Below the pieces are notes generated by a model that was given only the letters and a program-made list of their open reading frames with translations, made no database searches and had not been told where the DNA came from. Shown piece by piece: positions 34,062-46,073 of a stretch of 64,000 bases of DNA (position 1 is the stretch's first letter; each line of letters begins with the position of its first letter). Made by a program: the position numbers and the translations under genes. Source of the stretch: Babesia bigemina (Eukaryota). The DNA lies in assembly GCF_000981445.1 (NCBI RefSeq), contig NC_027217.1, forward strand, positions 1,612,001 to 1,676,000, read 5' to 3'.

Positions 34062-34979
34062 ACACCGCAGACAGCAGAATAAAAAGTAACAATACTTCTG
34101 TAAATTAAATTGAGAATCCATTGATGTAAAATGGTTTTCTAAAAAGGATGCAGTTAGGATGGATAGACAATACACTTAGTTCAACTTGATTCTACCATTC
34201 TGACCAGGAAGTTATCAGAGGCGTCTTAAAATTTTTGAATAAAAGGTGTCATCTCATTACCAAGTAGAGATCTCAAGCGTCTCTGTATTGTGTAGCTTCC
34301 GAATTCTACTGCATTGATGCCTCCTGTAGGGGCGGCATAACTATTTGTGTTGTGATTGCGAATGATCCGAAAAACACGTCCACTATGGCAATAATAGATC
34401 AAATTTATAAATTTGGCAAGGGAGGGATTTTGAAATCGTTATATGGCATGTAAAGATGCCCAATGTCGTGACTGGTCTCACGTCGCATCCTGGATGATAA
34501 TATCAGTGCGTTCATCGAGAACAGTAAGAATATGAACTCCGAGAGCTTCAGCACTATGGACCTGCTTTTTACCTTGGTCATTGCCTTCACCATGTGGTAA
34601 TCCGCACTTAATTACACTTGAGATTTTAGTTAACTTTGGCTTAATTTTTAGGTTACTGCATATCAGATTGATGTTCGGCAGCGCACGACGGTTGTGCGGT
34701 TCCTTCCGCGCTATAGCTGTAGGTTTATATAATTTCAATTGTTTACTTAGTCTGGATAAACTACTCCTGTGGTTGTTCCCATCTAGGGACCAGAATTTGA
34801 AGATGTGGAATAATTGTCACCGTCTTAAATATAACAATGGTCACGTTTCACAAATCAGTGCATATATTTAGCATAGGCACCATTGCGTGTATATGGTGAC
34901 AGTAGACCTAACACAATGCAACGTTAGTTATATCCCCCAAAGATGTGCCCACCAATACACGTGTACCCCGCGTTATGCA

Positions 34980-35263
34980 TCCAGTTTTGGCTTATGCGAA
35001 AATTTTCGTAGAGCAGTGTACAACATAACGCTGTTGGCGTTGCCACGTAGTGCTGTTGCATCGGTCTAACGCATACACTCCGCTGTACCACGTGAATTGC
35101 AGTTTGCAGCTGCTTTAGGATACGCGGCGCGCGCCGGATGTACAGAGAGCACGAGGAGGCATCACGCCCCAATACAGATAACTCTAGTTTTCCCATCGCT
35201 GGTATCACATGATGTCATGTATCCTTGAGAGACTAAGTATAATAAAAGATTAAGTTGGGAAGT
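34980..35263 (-). repeat. 284-bp dispersed repeat, copy 2 (inverted relative to 21855-22138)
   Basis: Reverse complement of copy 1. Identity breaks sharply at 34979 and 35264. Confidence 0.95.
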
Positions 35264-35701
35264 GATACAATCTGCAGGGGCCACCGGAACTCGCATTGTG
35301 CAAGCGCCCCGCATTCCTACAACTGCTACGCTACTATGCTATTCGAAGCCCGATTGATCGCTCATCCACCCGATTTTTTGTGAAGAACTGTAGAGCGCAT
35401 TTTCATGAACTGCGACTCCCCACACAACACGCATTGGGTATACGAAGATGGGCGCGTGTAACGCTGAATAGCAATGTGTGAGAATGCGTCACGAATACGA
35501 TTGAAGAGACGCTGAGAAAGTTAGTCACCTGATTCGACAGAAGGAATCCAATCCACGAAGTTTGTATACATTGAGTTGGAGTCCACGACTTTTGACTCAT
35601 TTGAAACGCCCAGGGAGTTTGCGTGTGATGACTGCTCACCCGGGATCCGGACTCACTCTGCTTGTGCCTAACTTCTTCAACAGCTTAGTTGCAATCCCCG
35701 C

Positions 35702-36463
35702 TCAATAGAAAGCCCAGAATCCGGCGAGGTCGTAGAGTGAGGCGAACACTTCTTCATCGAGATATTTAAAAGCTCTGAGGACATTTGAGGCTTTTATGCC
35801 GGAGCGGCATCCTGGCTCTTCAAAACCAACGGCTTTCAATACCTCTCCCATAGGCTTATCCGCACTAAACGGCGGCCATTTGAAGCAAGCAACTATAGAC
35901 GATTCCAAAAGAGATAGTAGTCCCGTGTATAACATGGGTGCAAACCCCACGAAGACCACTGCGCAAGCTTCCGGGTCTTGCGAGCACGATGTTTCCCAGG
36001 TCGCAGCTGAACTGTAAGAAGGAGTATAATACTCGCCGTCTCTGACATAATTCAAGAACATCTCACAATTGTCCACAACTTGAGTTATCTTAGCTGTCAT
36101 GGCTTCAGCATCTACACCATGAGTCTGTACAACATTCTGATAATCGCTTTCGCCAACGGTGCCAAAGAACTTATAGAATACGTTTGGGTTTTTATCCATA
36201 GGTTCTTTGAACTTATCCAGCACCCTTACAACGCACCATTGGTCCTTAAGTTCCGGTTTCTCCAGAAACTCTCTAGATATAAGTTTAACGTTCTCGAGAG
36301 CAGGCAAAACTGTCAGCCCTACAGGCTTGTCCGCAAGGAAATCGTGTAGTGCAGCGCCCAAAGCAGCAATGTTGCTTTCAGCATCAGTTCCCTTGAGGGC
36401 CATCAACCAGTCAATGCACTCCTTGACGTTGCGGGGGGCCTCGCTCAACGAATGATACGCCAT
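35702..36463 (-). CDS. Short VESA1/ves-like protein (253 aa) without TM domain
   Basis: The N-terminus HSLSEAPRNVKECIDWLMAL resembles the VESA1 start (SLT.AP.NLKEAIDW). The segment YTPSYSSAATW...EACAVVFVGFAPMLYTGL is ves-like. It ends YDLAGFWAFY. Confidence 0.75.
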   Translation of the reverse strand: MAYHSLSEAPRNVKECIDWLMALKGTDAESNIAALGAALHDFLADKPVGLTVLPALENVKLISREFLEKPELKDQWCVVRVLDKFKEPMDKNPNVFYKFFGTVGESDYQNVVQTHGVDAEAMTAKITQVVDNCEMFLNYVRDGEYYTPSYSSAATWETSCSQDPEACAVVFVGFAPMLYTGLLSLLESSIVACFKWPPFSADKPMGEVLKAVGFEEPGCRSGIKASNVLRAFKYLDEEVFASLYDLAGFWAFY

Positions 36464-38612
36464 TTTGCACTGACGCTTTACAATAGGCGATTACAAATAT
36501 CCTGTAGACTATTCGCCAATATTCACGGTAGTTTATGAAGCGGCACACGTACTTAAACAGCTGTGTATTTAGGGCAGATCAGCACAACAGTGCCGAATCC
36601 TTCTTATACACACGCTCCGTAGTAAAGTTTAAAATCCTATATATTTGTCAAACAGATATAATTATACAGCGCAATGGCCACCCAAGTGCCACATCGCAGC
36701 CAGTTATAGACAATTAGTGTGGCATGCAGTGTCATAGCGCGAGTCATTGGCGTAAACACCTTTTAGCCCAAATGCCTTATATTGAAGCCAGACATGTTGG
36801 ACAAAAATTGTGTGATGTACAAGTGTTTTCAATATGAGTATGGTTTTCGAGTAATAGTATATACAGCCTGGAGCGCCTGGAGATATGAGTTACTTCTGAG
36901 AACGGAGGTGACATAATAAGGAATGCGACCATTTCTTGTACTGTTTTACGTGATTGATATAATCGATTTCGCTCCACTTGTATGCCGCCACTGTCGGTTG
37001 GAGTCTTGTCGTGGGCTGCCATTGGTGACTTCCTGCCATGGCAATCCGCTGTGAATTGCGTTTTTTTCGGTTTTTACGGCCGTCGAAGGCTACATTCAAA
37101 AACACATAAGGCACTTTCTCTGCAAGTCACTTATCTTATGAGTCGTCATCACGGCATACTACGGAATCCAGTGCAATACCGTGTTTGGTGCCACATTGTG
37201 TACGCGTACGAATCTATGTGTAAATTGAGTCTTACAATACATAGCTATGCAAAGACTATTGTAATCAGCACCGCCGCAATCCGGCTTCGGTGTGGAGATT
37301 TTTCCTTCCAAGCTTTAGTACCGCGACGATGCCCGTCAGACAGCCTAAAAAATTCACGCATTTTGCATATTTACCAATATTGGTGTGCTTGGCAACACTT
37401 GCTGCCGTTTGCTTGTTGAGAGTCCCTCGTAGTATGGGCCCACCTGCATCTCAGCGGACTGTAGTTACGGCGACTCATTTCGCTGCCAGTTTGACTTTAT
37501 ATTAGCACGTGGAGGTAGTCGAATATATGCACTACGTTAACCATATATATGAATCAACTGCTTCAAAATTTGTAAGTTGTGACTGTCAGCTTGTGTCTCA
37601 CCCAGCTTGTTACGGGCCTAATAGACGAAATATGACGAACCCACGCAACAATTTCCACGCAGTGTAGTTGATTGCGACTGTAGTACATGACAAAACCCGG
37701 ACGAACCTCCGCTATTCCTGAGACAAATATGATATGTGTTTCTTACGCATTAGGTGCGTTGTGTCATGCGTTCAACCACATCTAACATCAGATGACTATA
37801 GAAACGTATCGCTTGGGATAGGGTATTACCCGTGTTAGACCCATTGTGCACGCTACTGTAAGCAATGTTTGTAGTTGCGAATTGCGACATAAAGACCTGC
37901 ATCGCCTGTCAATTGAGGTCGGTTTCATTGTGAAAGTAAGGATTAAGAAATGTTATTGACATGGCACAAGTTGGCTGCATTTCCTATATGTTAATACTTT
38001 TATGTATTTTTAACATCATAACATTATTTAACTGCATCTTTTACCAGACCGTCACACGAGCTATGCGCTATGTGAAAGAGTCCGTCGATACCTCGAAGGT
38101 AGCACACGTCAGATTCCAGGTTGCCTCATTCTAGATTTATAGGTAATCGTATTGGGTACGCTGTTAAGAATTAGAATTACACGAAGCTATCTTTATGTGC
38201 CATTAGACAGGTGTTACACCGTAAGCACAGGCACGCTGGTTTATGATAACTATTATTCGGCTTACTTATGTACAGTACAAAATGCAATGCACTATACATC
38301 GTAATAGCGTAATGACATTATCGATATTTTATCCGACAGCAAAGATGCGAGCGGCGGTGTGATACATCATCATTTCGGCAGTGCAAGGTGAACACCAAAA
38401 GGGTAGTGGCACTCAAGACGCAATTCACCAATAGGTACGTGTATTATTTCATACACAACTCATTAACAAAGCATGTTGTTGAATCGATCACCTCACTAAT
38501 TATTGCACAACTAATATAGACACTGGCCACATTTAAGAAATGAACTGTTAAATAAACAATGATAAGCCATTGATTAAATTTTACCGACACGTTGACACAC
38601 CTCAGTTATTCA

Positions 38613-41504
38613 TCATTTTGCGTAGTAGTTCTCGATATGTATGGTAGACAGGACGATGCCCTTGATGGTCACGCAGCGGCATTCAAGTGGCGGAGTCTTG
38701 CGCAACGTTTCTACAGGTCCAATAGATCCACTGTGGAATTTCAGGATAACGAAGTGGTTGGAATGTGACGCTGCCAGAGACTCGCTGATGTCACTTAAGT
38801 TCTTCACTTCACCCTCCACTAACACTTGGTTGAAGCAGTCAGGTGGGTCCAGGACGTACGGTGCTGGGCAGTAGAACGCCGCTTCTTTAGCAGATTGAAT
38901 GTCGATTTTGCAGCCGATTTCTTGTCTGTAAGAGTCGTATAGTTGGGGAGTCGCAGGCTTGAACAGCTCATCTGAATCGTACGTAACACCGCAACCTTGC
39001 ATATAGGGATCAGTGGTCTCCACGTTGACTTCAACGACGTGCCACGTGTACGGTGCCAGTCGTAATGTACCATGCGGAATGGTAACATTATACCTGCTAC
39101 GAGGCACCATGGATATTTCCGATATATTTGGCGTTTTACCGCATACAAATGTCAGTGGTACATATGCTGTGTCGTCTGGATGCTTAGATATAATAATGCC
39201 CCCTCTGCGCGAATCTATTACCAATTGAACGTAAAAATCAGTTAATAGATGTATCTGACTCACAAGGAAAGCGTCCACAGTACCACCTATTACATCTCTG
39301 TGTAACGTTCGAACAAGCTCATGCCCATGTAGCGTCAGTCTCACTGCATAATGGAATTCTTCAGCATCAATTGGTAGCCACATAGGGTTGACATCTAGAT
39401 TGCCCGCAACGTTCAGATCGCCGGGGCTGCCGGCACAGGTGATGGCCAACTGGGTACCCACGTTTAGTGTAATGAACTTTTTGGTTACGTTATTCAATAA
39501 AACTGGTATCGATGATCTGTTCTGGTCAAGTAACTGGAACTCACTCCATGGAATTAATCGGAAGGGAAACCAGCTATTAGATGGCTCTTCTTGTTTTACA
39601 TCGCAACTACGATATATATACTGGTTTGACTCCATAATCATCCTAGATATCTCATAGCCCCTTTTGTCGACACATAAGCAGGCAAGGCTGACGGATTCAT
39701 TCTGTTCGAAGTCGACCTTAAACAGCTGGAACCCCCGAATAGGAAAAAGCGTTGCATTCCGCACCGATCCGGGAAATAAAACAATCTTATTGGAGTAGAG
39801 ATCGTATGCTGTGGCTTCACAATTGTTGGGAAACAATTCCTCCTCCGACCCGCAGTGAATCCCAACATCAGTTACATGTGCAACGTCTTGGTACAGACAT
39901 TCGTAAACACGCCCTATTCCATTTCCCATGGTTTGAACTGAACAATGATACTGGCTTATCGATGGATCGAACAAACTTTGCGTATGCACGTCGCTACCAA
40001 GCATCGCATAGTTGTGCGTCAGCGCAAAAGAGACATTCACAATGGCGCGTATCATGTCGGGAACATTGTCGTTTCTAGACACCAAAGTCCAATGATAATA
40101 GAATGAGTTTAATCCGCGTCGTAAAGTGAGAGGTTTGTCCCGATGGTACTTCAATTTTACCTCCCCACGTGAAATTTGGGATACGTCTATATCAATGGCG
40201 TCACCAACGAGGGCATTGTGATACAATTTTTCATCGTAGGTGTTGTCATAAGACACACTCTGCTGCCTCATCGTAGCTACGTTAGTGGGCAGAAATTCGC
40301 TTTCGTATTCATATACTGACGAAAGTTGTGAGAATGAAATACTCGAAACATCTTCCTCTACATCCATGCGGAGGTCCTCATCCGAACGCTCGTTTGTAGA
40401 AGTCGAAGAAACGCTTTGCATCGGTAACTTTATGGTCAATGTACTGCCTGGATGAAGTACCACCGAACACCAAGGGCCACGGATTGGGCGGTGACGGTTA
40501 CGGAAGATCTTTCTGGCAATGTCACAAACGTAGTCAGTCCTTGAACGTACTTCTATCCTGGCTTTTGTATTGCCTGTTTTTGGGTCGACACATCTGCATT
40601 CGCCTTTAATGGGTGGTAATGCTACTGTATGAAAAAACATAGCTGCTACCCAATGTGCATTTTTCGCGACATTCCAATATAAATGAGGCTCAGTTACGGT
40701 CACAACTCTGCCATGCTCATCCAGTAATGATTTCATACAACCCTTCGGTTCAATTCGACCTTCGCAAACAAAACCAATGCGTAATGGTGACATAGGGTCC
40801 ACCACACAGGAAGTCACGCCAGTGGAGCGGTCTACAGTTACGTCGTTACTCGGAAGGAACAGTGGTGACGGACGGCTGCCGCAGCCTTGAAGCAGCGTCT
40901 GGAATCGCCCTGTGAGCAAGGAGAACATTGCCAACCCCGTTCCTATTTTCATAATTTCCTGAGTCAATGTCGTGTTAACGTCCCAAGGAAACGATCCCTT
41001 GAGAGTGGAGCCATTGAGTTGATAAAGCTGGTGTTGCAACGTGTCAGTTAAAACCAGATTTCGTGGTCCACAAATGAAAACCAGGCGTCGCTTCGTGATG
41101 GCGAATACCTCAGCAATATGTAAGTCGATGTATAGTTTTGATTCCGTCTCATTTATGTGCAACGAAATGTAGGGAATTCGACTTTCGCTTATAATAACTT
41201 CCGAAAGAGGAGTGGAATGAAATTTGCCGTCTTCAACCACGTAGGCTTTTATATCGGGTAATGTGTCAGACGTTGGTTGAGGATGCCATACATATTCGGT
41301 GTCTTTAACTCGGCGTGGACATTCAATATAGCTTGATGCCGATTGATCCACATCCATCAGTTGCGTTACGAGAGCGTACCTGACGAATAAGTCATTTCCT
41401 ATTCCCAAACTATTATCAGACGCATGAATATGACCGATTGAATGCAATCCGATTGCGCATAATGCGCATACAGCCCTCAGGATTCTAATTTTCCTCATGG
41501 TCAT
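38613..41504 (-). CDS. 6-Cys (s48/45 domain) family secreted protein (963 aa)
   Basis: Signal peptide followed by three Cys modules with s48/45 spacing: QGCG..SCVVD..GFVC..PKGC..ECRC; CSV..ECL..GIHC..LFPNNC..LACLC; and QGCG..GCKID..FYC..LDPPDCF..LECRC. No hydrophobic GPI tail. Confidence 0.8.
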   Translation of the reverse strand: MTMRKIRILRAVCALCAIGLHSIGHIHASDNSLGIGNDLFVRYALVTQLMDVDQSASSYIECPRRVKDTEYVWHPQPTSDTLPDIKAYVVEDGKFHSTPLSEVIISESRIPYISLHINETESKLYIDLHIAEVFAITKRRLVFICGPRNLVLTDTLQHQLYQLNGSTLKGSFPWDVNTTLTQEIMKIGTGLAMFSLLTGRFQTLLQGCGSRPSPLFLPSNDVTVDRSTGVTSCVVDPMSPLRIGFVCEGRIEPKGCMKSLLDEHGRVVTVTEPHLYWNVAKNAHWVAAMFFHTVALPPIKGECRCVDPKTGNTKARIEVRSRTDYVCDIARKIFRNRHRPIRGPWCSVVLHPGSTLTIKLPMQSVSSTSTNERSDEDLRMDVEEDVSSISFSQLSSVYEYESEFLPTNVATMRQQSVSYDNTYDEKLYHNALVGDAIDIDVSQISRGEVKLKYHRDKPLTLRRGLNSFYYHWTLVSRNDNVPDMIRAIVNVSFALTHNYAMLGSDVHTQSLFDPSISQYHCSVQTMGNGIGRVYECLYQDVAHVTDVGIHCGSEEELFPNNCEATAYDLYSNKIVLFPGSVRNATLFPIRGFQLFKVDFEQNESVSLACLCVDKRGYEISRMIMESNQYIYRSCDVKQEEPSNSWFPFRLIPWSEFQLLDQNRSSIPVLLNNVTKKFITLNVGTQLAITCAGSPGDLNVAGNLDVNPMWLPIDAEEFHYAVRLTLHGHELVRTLHRDVIGGTVDAFLVSQIHLLTDFYVQLVIDSRRGGIIISKHPDDTAYVPLTFVCGKTPNISEISMVPRSRYNVTIPHGTLRLAPYTWHVVEVNVETTDPYMQGCGVTYDSDELFKPATPQLYDSYRQEIGCKIDIQSAKEAAFYCPAPYVLDPPDCFNQVLVEGEVKNLSDISESLAASHSNHFVILKFHSGSIGPVETLRKTPPLECRCVTIKGIVLSTIHIENYYAK

Positions 41505-42372
41505 CGACTTCGTTTTAGTATCGACAACAAATATTGAGGAAGAAGATTTTTTTCGCCGCCTTCATCCTGTGAATGTAATTCATGAAGAAAAAGTATGACC
41601 ACGATTGATTTTTAACATGGATGAACGGGGACGTCCGATAGTTTTTAACTGGGTGTCAGCCTGGGAAGGAGATTGTCTTCACTCTCCAACAGTAAATAGA
41701 GCGAATGTCTCCACTGTCTACTTGAAAAATTATAATATTTGCAAACACGTAATTCGAGCAATCACATACAATTTTTGACATTGACCAATCGCCGCTCTTC
41801 CTAAATGAGAATTTTCTCGCTGCCAGCCTATGAGCGTAGCCGAGCAGAGCCAACCATCTTCTACCGGAGCAACAGCTCGATCGTTAGCAGGTACATCACG
41901 AAGGTAACTGATGGAATACTGTGGATGCCGAGACCTAGTAGAGTCACAAGAACATGGATACGGTGGACGTGCGTGGTGTAGTTGAAGTTCAGCATAACAA
42001 TTGCAAACCGTGAGAGAGCCTCGAATGCGGTTCACGACTATACAATCTCGCCAATGTCTCGAAAAGCAACATTATAATGTCTTTGAGATGAAAATTAAAA
42101 GAAGCCGCTTGGCCGTAGCCGCAGGGGTTGGTCACAGTTGTTACAACCGTAAACCTTGTGACTGCGAACCACGGAGATGCGATTTCCACGATATGCAATG
42201 CACCTGCAAGCAACCATCCGCCAAATACTGCACAATCAGACCTAGCAACCTTTGTGTCCTTCACCGATGTCAGATTCAACGCAAAACAGTAGCCTCCTGG
42301 AAGGGACAACATGAGACAAAGAGCGCCTCAGCAACACCATACTGATGAAAACAAAGGAATGCATTGTTGCTC

Positions 42373-43466
42373 TTAAAATACCACCTTATCGCTAGGATCG
42401 ATCCAGTTAATCACTTTGACGTTTTTGGTGTGCTTTACTGTTAAGTCGACGTCGACACGCTTAGGCATGGGGTCCCTAGAAACATTCAGATAGAAGTACA
42501 CCATGGTTTACCTGGTGGATGGCAGTGGGAATGCTGAGAGCCCCTCAACTTGCACTGACTGCCGATAGACCCAATCCGCCGTGCTCCCGAAACCTGCAGC
42601 AATGACGTTTCGTTGGCATCACCACAAACCTTGGAACTCGTTCTCTTCTTCATCAGCTTCGTCAGAGACGTGGACGTATCCTGGTTGTGTGTTATGTATC
42701 TGTCTTAAGAGCTTACCAATATTGTCCCGATAGGCCTGCTCCTTCAGCTGTAACCTCGCCTCTTCCAACGTTATCCGCTTATCCCTCGGATCGCACAGCT
42801 TGTTGTATAAAATGAAATTGAGCAGGCTGAACTCTCTGACCACCTCTCGCACCGTGCTTTCTTTGAACCCGTAGCGCTCCGCGATTCGCGGAATTGTGAA
42901 CCTCCCCGGATCCAGATTGTGCAAAAAGAACATATACTCGCGCATGAGAGGGTCTATCTTCCTCTTCATCGGTAGCTTGATGGGGAATATGCGCGGCAGC
43001 AGGCGGTTCAGTCCGGTGTCCTTCCAGTAGTTCGTGTTCTCCGCAGTGTCCAGCGTTGGAAACCTCAATCCCGAGAAATCAGTGTACGTCTGTCCGAATT
43101 CTGTGTCGCGACTATACGTCACCGCATTTTTCTTGTCCGCTGATGTATGCTGCCTCATGCCAATGCGGAAACGGGTAGGCACCTCGTAACCTGGGACGGG
43201 ATCTCCCTGCACTGGCTTCCATCCGCGCTGATACGATGTGGCGTCACACGGAATGAAGCTAAGCAGGATATGAGTAACATCACGACTACTACTGCATACC
43301 TCGGTGGGATGGGCGGGTCATAGGCGTCGTCGCCTTGCGGCTTTCCCGCCTGGCTGGAGAGAGGCAGCGCGTTCACCTTACGCCTTCGGAATGCCGCGAA
43401 GTGGCGGCAGATTAACGTACAAGACGTCCCAACAGGACTGTTGCTAGTGCTAATGCGGTTAATCAT
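42373..43466 (-). CDS. Probable mitochondrion-targeted protein, possibly mitoribosomal small-subunit (Bot1/mS45-like); 5 exons
   Basis: ATG 43466 with an Arg/Ser-rich presequence (..LICRHFAAFRRRK). Four short introns give a continuous frame ending ..KVINWIDPSDKVVF*. LMREYMFFLHNLDPGRFTIPRIAERYG resembles the Bot1p helix-turn motif (tentative). Confidence 0.6.
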
Positions 43467-44143
43467 TCTGATAACTGTTATACTGTGTGCCCGCGACACC
43501 GGCGCTTGATTGCCTCAACATGCCAGCAGTACACATCCGAACAAGCGATTTCGTATGCGATAGACACATATCAACTACACAGTATGTATCAGAAACGTGA
43601 CCGGCCGTTAATCACGACAGCGCTGCAGTGTTCGCCGGCTGGTGGGCACAGCATTAGACACCACCGGCAAATACCATAATGTGTCGTCTGTAATCGGCGC
43701 TTTTGCGTCGAAACAGACGCACATATGTGAATAATGCAGTAATATGGTCAATGGCAGGTATTGGACCGGGGGAAGTGCCGGCTAGACATTTCTGGCTCAC
43801 ACATCCGTCAACCTTTGACGGTAGCTGGCGGCGGATCAGACCGCGCACAACGAGTGCCGCAGCCAAGTGCACTAAAGGAGCACTATGTGTGGGATAAAGC
43901 AGCTGCTCTGTAGCTCGGTAGGAGATGTGTGTCTGGTACGCGTTGGAGGTAACGGAGGTGCACCTGCCTTGCCGCGAGATCGAGACAGCGCACAGTCTTC
44001 GACCGTGAAGTTGCCGTAAAATACCGCAGTGCACGCCCAAAACAGTGTGTATTTGAGGAAGGGATCATCGTATACTTCTTGGTGGAAGGTGCACCTGCAA
44101 TCCGAACGTTACGACCATTGTCTGGGTTAGAGCTGCTGGAAAG

Positions 44144-44998
44144 ATGAAGACAGGCGTATGTTCTGGCGTGCTAGCGCTCTGGCTGCTCTCTGTCGCCGAT
44201 GTGTACGCAATAGAGGAGTCAGCTGGCTCTGGTGCGCTGGCCATGCAGAACGAGGAATCTACACCTTACAGCTACTTTCTCGAGAGCGAGCTCGACAACA
44301 CCTACGAGCGGGGCGATGACAGCAGCCTGTACGAGATCCCCGACGATGACGCCTTGACGACCATGTCGCTGCTCGACCTCGCCGGAGCGCCTGACCTCTT
44401 GGAGTCCGCCGACGGTGAGTTCTCCGACGAGTCCGACTTTTCGTTTTTGGAGGAGCGCGACGAGGAGGATGAATTCAACGGCGAGTCCTTCCTGGAGGCC
44501 GATGATGACGACATGTTCGACTTCGACGCCTCCTTCATGGAAGCTGAAGAGGATGAGAACCCCGCCGACGAGCTCAGCTCCGGCATCGATGAGGAGCTTG
44601 AAGATGCGGAAGCTACCAACACCGAGTTCCTCGACTCCGAACCCACCAGCTACGTGCCCATCCGCCACCGCATGACCGCTAAAAAGTGCAACAACCACCT
44701 TAACAACAATGTCCAGCCTGCCGTGGAAGGCGTCCAGGACGCTAAGGCGGCCATGCTGCAGCAGGATGAAGTTGCGGAAACCTCATCCTCTGGATCGTTC
44801 TTCAAAAGGAACCGCGCCGTCATCATCGTTGGAGTGGTGTTGTTGATCTCCGCTGCTATTGGCATCTGCACCTTTAAGTACCCGCCACCCTGCGTCGCCG
44901 CCGCCAAGGAACGCATTCGCGGCTACTTCAACCGCGAAAACGACCGCAACAGCGTGCTGCCCGAGGTGACAGAAACCGAGCCCTTGGTGGCTCAGTGA
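44144..44998 (+). CDS. Acidic type I membrane protein with signal peptide and repeated SFLE-like motifs
   Basis: 284-aa ORF with a signal peptide, an Asp/Glu-rich ectodomain, a TM (AVIIVGVVLLISAAIGICTF) and a short tail. Confidence 0.85.
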   Translation: MKTGVCSGVLALWLLSVADVYAIEESAGSGALAMQNEESTPYSYFLESELDNTYERGDDSSLYEIPDDDALTTMSLLDLAGAPDLLESADGEFSDESDFSFLEERDEEDEFNGESFLEADDDDMFDFDASFMEAEEDENPADELSSGIDEELEDAEATNTEFLDSEPTSYVPIRHRMTAKKCNNHLNNNVQPAVEGVQDAKAAMLQQDEVAETSSSGSFFKRNRAVIIVGVVLLISAAIGICTFKYPPPCVAAAKERIRGYFNRENDRNSVLPEVTETEPLVAQ

Positions 44999-45471
44999 GC
45001 CCGTACTGCCACACAGCTGACTGTGTTTAGCTGCCTTATAGCGAGTAGAACAGTGTTCAAAGCTAATGTATTTAAACTTGTAGTGGTTTCCAATGTCAAA
45101 CGGTTGTTAGCAGGAAAGCTTCAACGGCTCTGGCGCTGCTGCGTAGTTTTAGATGAATAGCTTTATTATAGCGTGACCGCAATGCCGTTTACAGATGCCG
45201 ATCGTAGCCGCAGCAGACCAGGAAGACGGCGCATGATGTTAAATACGCAGATGCCTTGCGGCCTAACACGAAATGCTGGCGGATACAGCGTTCTAGACGG
45301 TCTGACGATGTAGACATCGACAAACCCGCTCTTCACACAAGCGCCCGGAGGGAGCGGGTCCGTACGTGTGGAATGTGTAAAGTCGACCGTGGCAATACGG
45401 CATGCTCTTTTGTACCCGTATCTACTGAACATTTGTGTTGTGTTTTAACTATAATTTAATCTCCTGACTCG

Positions 45472-46073
45472 ATGGCTTCTGACGGCGAGAACTCCGCAAT
45501 GATAAGCCTGCCCAGCAGGATGGGCACGCAGCGACACATTACTGGCGGTTGGTACTGATGCGCGGCGACTCATTCTCTACAGAACCCACATTCGAGCTAT
45601 TGGGAGACGTCTGGACGATCGCCAACCAGCGGGACACGACTCTCGACCTTTCACGTGCTACCCGCACCCAGTCCGTGCAGGTCTGCGAATGCGACCACGT
45701 GAAGCTCATCATTCCCGACAAGATCGTCTCCCTCTCGATCGTCACCTGCAACAACGTGGATGTCGATATGCACTCCTCCATTTCCGGTCTGGAGCTCACT
45801 GATTGCACTGGCATTAAGATCCGCGTTAAGAGCAGCCTGCCTTCGGCTTCCATCGACAAGTGCCAGCAGGTCGGGTTCTGGATCACGAGCGCGAACGCGG
45901 AGTACATCATGTTCGCGTCGTGCAAGTCGGGCGACATGAACGTGAACGTGAACCGCAACACGAGCGGCAACGTCGACGAGGACGACTGGGTGGAGAGGCC
46001 GATCCCCGAGCAGTTCGAGAGCCGCTTCAACTCCAAATTGCAGCTCGACACCAAGCCTTCCATGTTGTACTAA
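45472..46073 (+). CDS. CAP: Cyclase-associated protein, C-terminal beta-helix only (C-CAP), actin regulator
   Basis: ATG 45472 with an intron at 45548-45582. Motifs W.IANQ, SVQVCEC, SASIDKCQ, SCKSGDMNVN, DWVERPIPEQF and a C-terminal SMLY are typical of apicomplexan C-CAP. Confidence 0.9.

Noticed and set aside
34462..34600. Short + frame ending in a hydrophobic tail (possible GPI-signal gene remnant)
   Set aside because: About 40 codons with no start or homology evidence.
42001..42345. Cys-rich 114-aa + ORF
   Set aside because: Non-ATG start, no signal peptide or recognisable Cys spacing; it lies antisense to a 3' UTR/promoter region.
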